From: an uncultured Eubacteriales bacterium
GTDB lineage: Bacteria; Bacillota; Clostridia; Lachnospirales; CAZTAY01
Direction: 5' to 3'
DNA length: 64,000 nucleotides
Assembly: GCA_964611655.1 (NCBI GenBank)
Contig: CAZTAY010000001.1
Location: 3,847-67,846, forward strand
The translations under genes and the position numbers were made by a program. The notes beneath the pieces are model-generated. The model searched no databases, was not told the origin of the DNA, and saw only the letters and a list, made by a program, of their open reading frames with translations. Every line of letters begins with the position of its first letter. Position 1 is the first letter of the stretch. This document shows positions 1-9,608 of this stretch, piece after piece.

Positions 1-1000
1 TACCAAAGAAAACAAGGTCAGCTGGTTGAAGTTGTGATCTTTCAACAAATCTGCCGTTTGAAGGCATACTTCTTGAAGTACGGTTAAGGGTATATCCAAA
101 TTTTTTGAATACTGAATATAAATAGCCTGAGCAATCTACACCTGAGTTTAGATTTGTTCCACCCCAAACATAAGGAGTACCAATAAATTGTTTTGCATAA
201 GCAATGATTTCATCTGCTTTAGAAGTTACAATAACTTGAGATGGTTTAACTCCAACTCTAACAGACACAAACTCTGCACTAACATAACCTTCCTTGCCGT
301 CTTTTGTTTTAACTTTAATCCATTGTGCACTGCTTTCTAAAATATCAAGGACTTCACCGCTTGCAAGTAATTTTACAACTTCTGCATCAGCAGCATCTGA
401 AGATCTTAAATTAAGACCTGAGCTAGAAGATACTATTGCATACATAACAACTGAATTTGCGTCATCTTGCTTTGGCTGAGCAACTTCTTTATTTTTAGGT
501 TCTTCAGTTTTTACAGTTTCATCTTTCTTTATATAGTTCTTGAAATCGGATACAACAGCAGTTTGAGAAATATAAGCAGCCTTGCCATTATAATCAATTT
601 CAAAAAAATCGCCGTTGGCAACCTTTAAAACAATTTCTTCATTAGCAGGAATGTTTCCTAAAACAGTTGCAGATTGTTCTGGAGCAGCGTATACAGGAGC
701 TTTGTCAGTCTTAACAGTTCCAGAAGCATTTTCTATGGTAACAAACTCGCAAGCTATATAAGCACTAGAATCTCCATTATACGTAACCTTAAAATAATCA
801 CCGGTTTTTCCGAGTATTTGCACTTCATGATCTGTTGAGAGCTGAGCAAGAACATTTCCAGAAGATGTACCAGAGTTTCTCAAATTCACATTATCAGAAT
901 TTACATAAGCTTTCATTGAACCAAAAACACCAGTAACAAGCAAGCATGAGCTTAGTGCAATAACGGATGTAAACGAAGCAATCTTTCTGCAAATTTTCAT
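1..1000 (-). CDS. SH3b-repeat NlpC/P60 family cell-wall peptidase (C-terminal end runs off the window start)
   Basis: Absent from the ORF track because no stop lies inside the window. My translation of the minus strand from the ATG at 1000-998 gives MKICRKIASFTSVIALSSCLL (signal peptide). It continues with repeated SH3b-like segments (VNLRNSGTSSGNVLAQL...GDYFKVTYNG). It ends with GTPYVWGGTNLNSGVDCSGYLYSVF, the NlpC/P60 catalytic-Cys motif. Confidence 0.85.
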   Translation of the reverse strand, partial: MKICRKIASFTSVIALSSCLLVTGVFGSMKAYVNSDNVNLRNSGTSSGNVLAQLSTDHEVQILGKTGDYFKVTYNGDSSAYIACEFVTIENASGTVKTDKAPVYAAPEQSATVLGNIPANEEIVLKVANGDFFEIDYNGKAAYISQTAVVSDFKNYIKKDETVKTEEPKNKEVAQPKQDDANSVVMYAIVSSSSGLNLRSSDAADAEVVKLLASGEVLDILESSAQWIKVKTKDGKEGYVSAEFVSVRVGVKPSQVIVTSKADEIIAYAKQFIGTPYVWGGTNLNSGVDCSGYLYSVFKKFGYTLNRTSRSMPSNGRFVERSQLQPADLVFFG

Positions 1001-1340
1001 CTTTGAAAAATCCCCCTAATATGTATTATGCGCATAGCGCCTCTTATTCTTATTATCTATTAGAATTATACATTTTATTTCCAAAATTGTCAAGCAAAAT
1101 GTTAATAAATTATTACAAAATTGTTTTAATTGTTAATAAGTCCTTTAAAAATCAGCTTTTCAAGCAACCAAAGATAGTTAATAATTTATTTCGCATATTA
1201 TATGAAAAAATTTTAATAATAAGCGTATAGTGACAAAAATGTTAAAAACATGTATGATTATATTGCAGTTTACATGTAATGTCAAATTGCTATATCCATA
1301 TTTTTAATACATTCATTTTATTTAAGGCAGGCGTTATCAT

Positions 1341-3269
1341 ATGTTTGGATATGTCAAAACCGGGGTTGGAATACCCCTTGCAAAAGTTGCCGACTGCGAA
1401 TTTAACCGTTTGCAGATTCAAGAACTTATTTTAGAAGCATACAAAAAGAATGTTAAAATATTAACATTTCCAGAGTTATCTTTAACAGGTTATACTTGTG
1501 GCGATTTATTTCTACAAAATTCTTTAATCCTAGAAGCCGAGAATCAACTTGGTATATTATTGGAAGAAACAAAGAATATGGACATGGTAATTGCTGTGGG
1601 ATTGCCTGTTATTTGTCAAAACAAATGTTTTAATGCTGCTGCAATCTTATTAAGAGGCAAGATACTTGGGGTTGTGGCAAAAACTTATTTACCTAATTAT
1701 GGCGAGTTTTATGAAAGACGTTGGTTTTCTTCATCTTCTGAACTTAATAGTAAAACTGCTTTTGTTTGTTCTCAAGAAGTACCTATTGGCTCTGACTTGA
1801 TTTTTAAATGTGGGAATAGAAAAAGCTTAATTTTTGGTGCAGAGATTTGTGAAGATTTATGGGCTCCAATCCCTCCTGGAACTTATCTTTCAATGTCAGG
1901 AGCAACAATATTACTTAACCTTTCTGCAAGCAATGCACTTGCCGGGAAAAATGAGTTTAGGCTTGACCTAGTATTGCAGCAGTCAGAAAGATGTATTTGT
2001 GGTTATGTATATGCCTCAGCAGGTATAGGAGAATCAACCACAGACATTGTATTTGACGGTCATTCTATTATTTGCGAAAAAGGATCATTAATTTCCGAGT
2101 CTGAAAAATTTATTGATAAGAACAGATTAATTACCGGGGAAATTGATACTGATTACATTCTACGTGAGAGATTGCGGAGGAAATATTCAGGAGATTCAAA
2201 TGTTATCCTTAACACAAGAGAAATAAATTTTGAATTTGAAAGCGGAATTCCAAAACCTGATACTGTATTACCTTTATCACCATTTTTGCCTTCAAATGAT
2301 GATGACAGGCGACGTTATTTCAATGATATATTCCATATTCAGTCATTTGGTTTAATAAAAAGACTTAGGCATATTAACAACGCAAAAGCTGTTATAGGAA
2401 TATCCGGTGGTCTTGATTCAACGCTTGCATTGCTGGTTTCTGCTTTTGCAGTGGACAAACTTGGTGTGGGCAGAAAAAACATTATAGGTGTTACTATGCC
2501 GGGCTTTGGTACAACTGGCAGGACTTATAATAACGCTTTAAGGTTAATGCAAGAACTTGGTATAGAAACCATGGAAATATCCATTAAAGAAGCATGTTTA
2601 CAGCATTTTCAAAGTATAGGTCATGATCCTGATAACCATGATTTAACTTATGAAAATACACAAGCTCGCGAAAGAACACAGGTTTTAATGGATATTGCTA
2701 ACAAGGAATCAGGAATTGTGGTTGGAACAGGAGATATGTCGGAGCTTGCACTTGGTTTTGCAACCTATAATGGTGACCATATGTCAATGTACGGTGTTAA
2801 CGCAGGTGTTCCCAAAACAATAATTAAAAACATGATTTCGTGGATTTCCGAAAACAACTTGTTTGGAAATTCCGTTTCTTCTATATTAAACGATGTACTT
2901 GACACACCTGTTAGTCCGGAGCTTTTGCCTGGAGACGATAAAGGTGGCATAACTCAAAAAACCGAGGAAATAGTGGGACCTTATGAGGTTCATGATTATT
3001 TTATCTACTATATGCTTGGAAGAGGCTTTTCTCCTGCCAAACTTTATCATATGGCAATTAGAACCTTTAATGGTAAATATACTCATGAACAAATTCTGGA
3101 TTGGTTGAGAACATTCTATAAAAGATTCTTTTCTCAGCAATATAAACGTTCCTGTATGCCTGACGGACCAAAGGTTATTGGTATTGGACTTTCACCAAGG
3201 GGAGATTTGAAAATGCCAAGCGACGCAATGCCCACATTATGGCTAAAAGAACTGGATGAACTTAATTAG
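1341..3269 (+). CDS. nadE: glutamine-dependent NAD+ synthetase (N-terminal CN-hydrolase domain plus NAD synthase domain)
   Basis: 642-aa ORF. The N-terminal half is nitrilase-like (FPELSLTGYTCGDLF, EICEDLW). The C-terminal half carries the PP-loop ISGGLDST and the TGDMSELALGF motif. Confidence 0.9.
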   Translation: MFGYVKTGVGIPLAKVADCEFNRLQIQELILEAYKKNVKILTFPELSLTGYTCGDLFLQNSLILEAENQLGILLEETKNMDMVIAVGLPVICQNKCFNAAAILLRGKILGVVAKTYLPNYGEFYERRWFSSSSELNSKTAFVCSQEVPIGSDLIFKCGNRKSLIFGAEICEDLWAPIPPGTYLSMSGATILLNLSASNALAGKNEFRLDLVLQQSERCICGYVYASAGIGESTTDIVFDGHSIICEKGSLISESEKFIDKNRLITGEIDTDYILRERLRRKYSGDSNVILNTREINFEFESGIPKPDTVLPLSPFLPSNDDDRRRYFNDIFHIQSFGLIKRLRHINNAKAVIGISGGLDSTLALLVSAFAVDKLGVGRKNIIGVTMPGFGTTGRTYNNALRLMQELGIETMEISIKEACLQHFQSIGHDPDNHDLTYENTQARERTQVLMDIANKESGIVVGTGDMSELALGFATYNGDHMSMYGVNAGVPKTIIKNMISWISENNLFGNSVSSILNDVLDTPVSPELLPGDDKGGITQKTEEIVGPYEVHDYFIYYMLGRGFSPAKLYHMAIRTFNGKYTHEQILDWLRTFYKRFFSQQYKRSCMPDGPKVIGIGLSPRGDLKMPSDAMPTLWLKELDELN

Positions 3270-3303
3270 AGCCTTTTAGGCTATTAACAATAGGGGGAAA
3301 AAT

Positions 3304-4860
3304 ATGAAAAGAGCGCTAATAAGTCTTTCTGATAAGACTGGAATTTTAGAGTTGGCAAATGAACTCGATAAATTAGGCTATGAAATTATCTCTACAGGAG
3401 GAACGGCAGAAACTTTAAAACAAGGGGGTATTTCTGTTACTGGCGTATCAGATATTACAGGTTTTCCCGAATGCCTTGATGGCAGGGTTAAAACACTGCA
3501 CCCTGCAATACACGGAGGTCTGCTTGCTAGGCGTGATCTACCATTACACATGAACCAGATTGATGAGCTTAACATAAAGCCTATTGACCTTCTAGTAGTG
3601 AACCTGTATCCTTTTAAAGCAACAATCGAAAAAGATAATGTTCTTTTTGAGGATGCAATTGAAAACATAGATATTGGCGGTCCTGCCATGCTTCGTTCTG
3701 CTGCAAAGAATTTTAAAGATGTACTTGTAGTTACAGATCCTTCCGACTACACTCTTTTAATTGACCAGCTTAAAAAGGGAGTTGTTTCAGAAGAAACAAG
3801 ATTGTATTTTGCACTTAAGGTCTTTGAACATACATCCGCATACGACAGCATGATCGCTGCTTATTTGAAGTCAAAAAGTGGCTCTGTAGGCTTCTCAAAT
3901 CAACTCACTTTGACTTTTGAAAAAGCTCAGGAAATGCGTTATGGGGAAAACCCTCATCAAATGGCTTGTTTTTACAAAGATCCTATTCCCGAAACAGGTT
4001 CTCTTGCACTATTTGAACAACTACACGGCAAAGAACTTTCTTTTAATAATATAAACGATGCAAACGGTGCAATAGAGCTATTAAGTGAGTACGATGAACC
4101 TACAATAATTGCTGTTAAACACGCAAACCCCTGTGGTGTTGGAAGCGCTGAAACTATCTTTGAAGCGTATATGAAAGCATACAATTCAGATAAAACATCT
4201 ATATTTGGAGGAATTGTTGCTTCTAACAGAGAAATAGATAAAAATACTGCTACGGAAATGAATAAAATATTTCTTGAGATAATAATAGCTCCCTCATTCT
4301 CTAAAGAGGCACTAGATATTCTAACAGCAAAACAAAACATACGACTTCTTACGCTGGACTTAGGCTCAAAAAATTCAAGAAAATCTTTATTTGATTTTGA
4401 TATTAAGAGAGTCAGTGGCGGAATCTTAGTGCAAGAGCGAAATCTTTCTCTAGTACCAGAAGAGCTTAACTTTGTCACAAACCGCAAACCATCCCAAGAA
4501 GAGTTAAATGATCTTTTATTTACATGGAAAATGGTTAAACATGTTAAATCAAATGCCATTGCAATAGGTAAAAACAAACAATCAGTAGGCATAGGTCCCG
4601 GTCAAGTTAACAGAATTTGGGCTTGCATACAAGCAATTGAACACGGCAAGGATCACTTGGGTGATGAATACCTAAAAGGCGCAGTAATGGCATCTGATGC
4701 ATACTTTCCCTTCCCAGACTGCGCTACGGAAGCTGCTAAAGCCGGTATAACTGCAATCATATGCCCCGGCGGCTCAAAAAACGATCAGCTTTCAATTGAT
4801 GTTTGCAATGCAAATAATATTGCAATGGTGTTTACCGGAATGAGGCATTTTAAACATTAG
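3304..4860 (+). CDS. purH: bifunctional AICAR transformylase / IMP cyclohydrolase
   Basis: 518-aa ORF with an MGS-like N-terminus (ALISLSDKTG...STGGTA...GRVKTLHP) and a C-terminal AICARFT domain. A GGGGGA RBS lies upstream. Confidence 0.95.
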   Translation: MKRALISLSDKTGILELANELDKLGYEIISTGGTAETLKQGGISVTGVSDITGFPECLDGRVKTLHPAIHGGLLARRDLPLHMNQIDELNIKPIDLLVVNLYPFKATIEKDNVLFEDAIENIDIGGPAMLRSAAKNFKDVLVVTDPSDYTLLIDQLKKGVVSEETRLYFALKVFEHTSAYDSMIAAYLKSKSGSVGFSNQLTLTFEKAQEMRYGENPHQMACFYKDPIPETGSLALFEQLHGKELSFNNINDANGAIELLSEYDEPTIIAVKHANPCGVGSAETIFEAYMKAYNSDKTSIFGGIVASNREIDKNTATEMNKIFLEIIIAPSFSKEALDILTAKQNIRLLTLDLGSKNSRKSLFDFDIKRVSGGILVQERNLSLVPEELNFVTNRKPSQEELNDLLFTWKMVKHVKSNAIAIGKNKQSVGIGPGQVNRIWACIQAIEHGKDHLGDEYLKGAVMASDAYFPFPDCATEAAKAGITAIICPGGSKNDQLSIDVCNANNIAMVFTGMRHFKH

Positions 4861-6268
4861 AATTAAAAAACTCTTTAATAAGATTTAAACCTTTTTCTAT
4901 TTCTTTTTCATTTGCGTTGGCAAATGATATTCTAATGTAATCGTTAAATTCTTCGTCGTTTAAGTTGTATAGGTATCCTGGAGAAATTAACACACCTTTT
5001 TCAAGGAGGTTGTTATGAAGCTTATCTATAACTTCACGCCCTCCTTGAACTTTTGCCCAAATACCTGTACCGCCTTTTGGAGGATTTAAGAGTAATTCAG
5101 ATTTTAGATTTTTGTTCCAACACGAAATAAGAGTTTTATATCTGTTTTCAAGTATGTTAAAAATATTATATTTATGCTCTGCATATGAACCATCCCTAAT
5201 CATTAAATCAACTACCTTTTGAATGATTCCTAGGTCATTGCTAATGTGTTCACTTATCCAGCTTTCCATTAACTTTTTAAGCCTAGGAGGAACTACACAT
5301 ACACCTAGATTTAGACCCGGCAAAAGCATATTGGTCAGATTTTTGTAATATATTACAACATTTTTGTAATCCAGGCTTTTTAGTGTTACTATAGAGCCAC
5401 AGGAATAATTAAAATCACTAAAACTATCATCCTCCAAAATTAAGAAACCATATTTGCTAGCAAGCTCTATAAGTTTTCTTTTGCAAAAATTACTTTGACT
5501 TATACCTGTTGGGGTCTGAAAATACGGTGATATATATAATAGTTTAGGTTTAAATACTTTTGCATACTTTTCAAGCTCTAAAATGTCAATACCTTCATCT
5601 GTCAATGAAATGCCGACCGTTTTTGCCCCTTTTTTTAAAAAAGCACCTGTAATATATGGATTGCACGGTTTTTCTGTTAGAACATACTCTCCTGGTTTTA
5701 TTAATGCATCAGAGATTTGGAACAGTAATTGGTAGATACCCTTTGTTATAAAAATATTTTCTTTATGTGAACTAAAATTAATTTCTTTACCTAACACATC
5801 ATAGCAAACAGATTCTATAAGAGGCTCATAACCAAAGGGATTAACCCCTTTCATACTGTTGCCGCCTTCTTTATCCAGTACATAATTAATTGCTTGCCTG
5901 AACTCTTCCGTAGGAAAAAAGTCCTCCCCTGCGGTTGCTTTAGACAGATTTATTTTACAATTGATATCATCTAAAGTTACAACTCTTTCTTGTTCTAGAT
6001 TAACAACTGTGTTCGCTTTAATGGGAGAGGTATATGTTCCGCTACCCGTAACCGAATAAACCGCTTGCTTACTTAATAAGTATTTATAGGCATTAACAAC
6101 AGTAGAATTGTTTATTTTTAAACTTTTTGACATTTTTCTAATAGGAGGAAGCTTACTGTCAGGAGGAATAGTTCCGTCAGTAATCAATTGTAAAAGAGCA
6201 TCGCCTAGCTGTTGATAAATAGGTTTTTGACTATTCTTATCCAAAAAGACTGAAAAGAAGCTATTCAT
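4850..6268 (-). CDS. MocR/GabR-type regulator (GntR wHTH fused to a class I aminotransferase-like domain)
   Basis: 472 aa. The N-terminus PIYQQLGDALLQLITDGTIPPDSKLPPIRKMSKSLKINNSTVVNAYKYL is a GntR-type wHTH. The remainder is an aminotransferase fold. Its 3' end overlaps the purH 3' end by 11 nt in convergent orientation. Confidence 0.75.
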   Translation of the reverse strand: MNSFFSVFLDKNSQKPIYQQLGDALLQLITDGTIPPDSKLPPIRKMSKSLKINNSTVVNAYKYLLSKQAVYSVTGSGTYTSPIKANTVVNLEQERVVTLDDINCKINLSKATAGEDFFPTEEFRQAINYVLDKEGGNSMKGVNPFGYEPLIESVCYDVLGKEINFSSHKENIFITKGIYQLLFQISDALIKPGEYVLTEKPCNPYITGAFLKKGAKTVGISLTDEGIDILELEKYAKVFKPKLLYISPYFQTPTGISQSNFCKRKLIELASKYGFLILEDDSFSDFNYSCGSIVTLKSLDYKNVVIYYKNLTNMLLPGLNLGVCVVPPRLKKLMESWISEHISNDLGIIQKVVDLMIRDGSYAEHKYNIFNILENRYKTLISCWNKNLKSELLLNPPKGGTGIWAKVQGGREVIDKLHNNLLEKGVLISPGYLYNLNDEEFNDYIRISFANANEKEIEKGLNLIKEFFNSNV

Positions 6269-6344
6269 AATTAGCCCTCCAAACTATTTTAAAAAATCTG
6301 CTCATAACATTGTATACAGTCTTATTAAAAATAATGAAAGGTAA

Positions 6345-6893
6345 ATGATTATGAAAGATTTATCAATGCATGTTTTAGATATTATTCAAAATTCAGTTGC
6401 CGCCGGAGCAAAGAACATTGAGATTCTTATCGACGAAGAAATAAGCAAAGACATTTTAACCATTTGCATCAAAGACGACGGAAAAGGCATGAGCCCTTCC
6501 CTTTTAGCACAAATTCGAGATCCTTTCATTACCAGTAGAACTACCAGAAAAGTCGGTCTTGGAATACCACTATTTGAACAGACCTGTTCTATATCAGCAG
6601 GTGACATTCTGATTGAGTCGGAAGTTGACGTTGGCACAACTGTAACCGCAACGCTTAAACACTCTCACATCGACAGACCGCCTCTTGGTGATATTGGCGG
6701 AACAATGTTTATTCAAATTGTTACAGAACCTGACATTGATTATATTTATAAACATACAATTAATGGGAAATCCTTTGAAATTAAGACAGTTGAAATAAAA
6801 AAGATTCTGGAAGGAATACCATTTTCTGAGCCAAGTGTTATGGAATGGATAAGGTCAAGCATTGAAGAAGGTCTTGAAATGCTAGGTTCTTAG
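6345..6893 (+). CDS. stand-alone GHKL (HATPase_c-like) ATP-binding protein
   Basis: 182 aa. The sequence contains N-box-like DIIQNSVAAGA and G-box-like DDGKGM...GLGIPL. No DHp/HisKA domain is present. The gene is divergent from the MocR gene. Confidence 0.55.
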   Translation: MIMKDLSMHVLDIIQNSVAAGAKNIEILIDEEISKDILTICIKDDGKGMSPSLLAQIRDPFITSRTTRKVGLGIPLFEQTCSISAGDILIESEVDVGTTVTATLKHSHIDRPPLGDIGGTMFIQIVTEPDIDYIYKHTINGKSFEIKTVEIKKILEGIPFSEPSVMEWIRSSIEEGLEMLGS

Positions 6894-6909
6894 GCAATTT
6901 CTTTTTTTT
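6876..6909 (+). terminator. probable intrinsic terminator of the GHKL gene
   Basis: An imperfect hairpin gaaatgc/gcaatttc (one bulge) spans the stop codon and is followed by T8 (6902-6909). Confidence 0.4.
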
Positions 6910-6949
6910 GGTTATTTATTATAAAAGTAAAATTATTATAGATGTTTAG

Positions 6950-6978
6950 TTGTCATAAGTATTATGATATAGTATAAT
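6950..6978 (+). promoter_or_regulatory. sigma-A-type promoter candidate for the rnf operon
   Basis: TTGTCA (6950-6955), a 17-nt spacer, then TATAAT (6973-6978). Confidence 0.5.
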
Positions 6979-6984
6979 ATGTTG

Positions 6985-7309
6985 GTATTTGTTACTTTGC
7001 ATTTATTAGGATAGTGAAAAAAATGCTAAGTAATACGGTTGTTTAAGGGACTGTCTAATATCTCGGCTTTGAGCAAAATTCCAAGATAATTTTGCGCCTA
7101 ATGATGAAGTAGCAACTAGCATAATGACTAAAATTATGTTAGGAGCTGCTATAGAAGCTTGGTGCAAAGTCCTACGGAATTATGCCTGATTGGAGGTATT
7201 AAACAGGTTCAAAGTTGGCAAACAACCTGGATTGCGTGTTGTCCTTGTATTTTATTTCTAAGGACTATGAGGGCAATTAAAAAATTTTCTAAAATTAAGG
7301 AGGAGGAAA
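6985..7309 (+). promoter_or_regulatory. long structured 5' leader of rnfC, class unknown
   Basis: About 325 nt lie between the predicted TSS and the rnfC ATG, with no RBS-preceded ORF. Perfect hairpins occur at 7073-7095, 7116-7142, 7204-7229 and 7241-7265. Confidence 0.35.
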
Positions 7310-8632
7310 ATGCCAGGTTTAACGTTTAAGGGCGGTATCCATCCAAACGAGCGAAAAGGCTTAACCGAGGAATACAAGGTAAGCAGGGTATTGCTTAGAC
7401 CTAAGACAGAAATGATTTTTCCTATGTCTCAGCATATCGGTGCTCCATGCGAACCTACAGTTGCCATTGGTGATAGGGTACTGACAGGACAAAAAATCGG
7501 AGAACCTAAGGCGTATGTATCAGCGCCTGTCCATTCAAGCGTTTCGGGGACGGTGACGGACATTAGGCCTGTTCTAAACGCAACGGGATCAGTTGTAAAT
7601 GCGGTGATAGTTGAAAATGATGGCTTATACGAAGAAATTGAGGGTATGGAGCCAAAGAAGCATTATTCAGAATACACCAAAGAAGAAAAACTTGAAATAA
7701 TCAAAGAAGCCGGAGTTGTGGGACTTGGAGGTGCAGGCTTTCCAACACATGTGAAGCTTAATGTTCCTGCGGATAAAGACATTGATACAGTAATAATCAA
7801 TGCAGCAGAGTGTGAACCTTATCTAACCACTGACTATAGGGTTATGATTGAGGAAGGCGAAAACCTGATTTCAGGTCTGCAAATTATTTTAAGTATTGTA
7901 AGCAGTGCAAAACGTGGTGTTATTGCAATTGAGGATAATAAACCAAAAGCTATTAAGCATCTTAAAGAGCTTGCTAAAGACGTGCCTAATATCGAAGTTG
8001 TGGCAATCAAGACAAAATACCCTCAAGGCTCTGAAAAACAATTAATTTATTCTATTACTAAAAGAGAAGTGCCATCAGGAGGTCTTCCTTCAGATGTTGG
8101 CTGTGTTGTAAACAATGTTGATACAGCTGTTGCTATTTCAAGAGCTTTTATGCAAGGTCGTCCATTAATGCGTAAAATTGTTACTGTTTCCGGTAAAGCA
8201 GTTGTAAATCCCGGTAACTACGAAGTACGTCTTGGAATGACTTTCCGTGATCTGATTGAATTTACCGGTGGACTTAAAGAGGAACCCAAAAAGATTGTTG
8301 CAGGCGGTCCTATGATGGGTGTTGCACTTTACTCTCTTGACGTTCCGATTATAAAAACTTCTGGCGGAATTCTCTGCCTAACCGAAGAAGAAACATATGT
8401 TCCTGAGAACTTCAATTGCATTAGATGTTCAAAATGCGTTCAAATTTGTCCAATGGGTCTTATGCCTCTTTATCTTGACAAGTTTGTTTTAGAGCGTGAA
8501 TTTGATAATTTTAAAAAGTATAACGGTTTGGACTGTGTGGAATGTGGAAGTTGCTCTTATGTTTGTCCGGCAAAGAGAAGTTTGGCTCAATCAATAAGGT
8601 CAACAAAAAAAGAGCTGCTCAAGAAAAAGTGA
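7310..8632 (+). CDS. rnfC: Rnf electron-transport complex subunit C
   Basis: 440 aa with N-terminus MPGLTFKGGIHP, the NADH-binding-like GLGGAGFPT motif and two C-terminal 4Fe-4S motifs (CIRCSKCVQICP, CVECGSCSYVCP). A strong RBS AAGGAGGAGG lies upstream. Confidence 0.93.
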   Translation: MPGLTFKGGIHPNERKGLTEEYKVSRVLLRPKTEMIFPMSQHIGAPCEPTVAIGDRVLTGQKIGEPKAYVSAPVHSSVSGTVTDIRPVLNATGSVVNAVIVENDGLYEEIEGMEPKKHYSEYTKEEKLEIIKEAGVVGLGGAGFPTHVKLNVPADKDIDTVIINAAECEPYLTTDYRVMIEEGENLISGLQIILSIVSSAKRGVIAIEDNKPKAIKHLKELAKDVPNIEVVAIKTKYPQGSEKQLIYSITKREVPSGGLPSDVGCVVNNVDTAVAISRAFMQGRPLMRKIVTVSGKAVVNPGNYEVRLGMTFRDLIEFTGGLKEEPKKIVAGGPMMGVALYSLDVPIIKTSGGILCLTEEETYVPENFNCIRCSKCVQICPMGLMPLYLDKFVLEREFDNFKKYNGLDCVECGSCSYVCPAKRSLAQSIRSTKKELLKKK

Positions 8633-8645
8633 GGGATGAATTAAA

Positions 8646-9608
8646 ATGAGTGATTCAACATATTATATGACTTCGACGCCCCATACAAGTTCGCCGGTAA
8701 ATACGCAAAACATAATGAAGCACGTTATAATAGCGCTTTTACCCGCAACGTTAATGGGTGTCTATATCTTTGGAATGTCTGCTCTTCTTGTAATTCTTGT
8801 TTCAGTTGCTTCTTGCGTAATTGCAGAATATGCATATAATAAAGCGCTTGGAAAAAAGCAGACCGCTGGAGATCTTAGTGCAGCATTAACAGGACTTTTA
8901 CTTGCAATGAACTTGCCTTCTAGCGTACCAATGTATGTTCCTGTTGTGGGTAGTATTTTTGCAATTATTGTTGTAAAACAACTTTTTGGCGGCATTGGTC
9001 AAAACATTGTTAACCCTGCGCTTGCAGCCAGAGCGTTTTTGCTTGTAAGTTATCCTACTGAAATGACAACATGGCCTGTGCCCTTTGATGCAGTAACAGG
9101 TCCAACACCTCTTGCGCTTTTAAAAACAGGTCAGCTTGTTCCCGGTCAAGAGGACTATATCTCTGCCTTTGTAGGAACCATTGGTGGATGTATCGGTGAA
9201 ACTTGTGCAATAGGTCTTATACTAGGCGGACTTTATCTTCTTTTTAAAGGTATTATAAACTGGAGAACTCCAGTGTTCTATATTGGAACTGTATTTATTC
9301 TTTCTTCATTGCTACGTCAAGGCGGTATGATGATCGGATTGTATGATCTTATTGTTGGCGGACTTATGCTTGGTGCATTTTTCATGGCAACAGACTATAC
9401 AACTTCACCTGTTACATATACAGGAAAAATAATTATGGGTATAGGTTGCGGTATTTTAACCGTTGTAATAAGGGTTTACGGCGGCTATCCTGAAGGTGTT
9501 TCTTATTCCATCTTGCTTATGAACCTTATTGTTCCTCTTATTGACAGGTTTGTAAGACCAAAAGTATTTGGGGTCTCCCGCGAAAAGAAAAAGGAGGCTA
9601 AAGCATAA
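8646..9608 (+). CDS. rnfD: Rnf complex subunit D (membrane, FMN-binding)
   Basis: 320-aa polytopic membrane protein of the NqrB/RnfD family, including the FFMATDYTTSP motif. It sits at the expected position in the rnf operon. Confidence 0.9.
   Translation: MSDSTYYMTSTPHTSSPVNTQNIMKHVIIALLPATLMGVYIFGMSALLVILVSVASCVIAEYAYNKALGKKQTAGDLSAALTGLLLAMNLPSSVPMYVPVVGSIFAIIVVKQLFGGIGQNIVNPALAARAFLLVSYPTEMTTWPVPFDAVTGPTPLALLKTGQLVPGQEDYISAFVGTIGGCIGETCAIGLILGGLYLLFKGIINWRTPVFYIGTVFILSSLLRQGGMMIGLYDLIVGGLMLGAFFMATDYTTSPVTYTGKIIMGIGCGILTVVIRVYGGYPEGVSYSILLMNLIVPLIDRFVRPKVFGVSREKKKEAKA

Noticed and set aside
1003-1230. 75-aa plus-strand ORF in the NlpC-P60/nadE divergent spacer
   Set aside because: It is an AT-rich promoter region. 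The ORF starts inside the RBS/start region of the minus-strand gene, has no RBS of its own and is low-complexity.
1001-1340. Possible c-di-AMP (ydaO-type) riboswitch upstream of the NlpC/P60 hydrolase
   Set aside because: Such hydrolase genes often carry one, but this spacer is uniformly AT-rich. It has only a trivial gcgc/gcgc hairpin and none of the GC-rich pseudo-symmetric helices.
3972-4592. 206-aa minus-strand ORF
   Set aside because: It is antisense to purH. It has no recognisable motif and is a shadow ORF.
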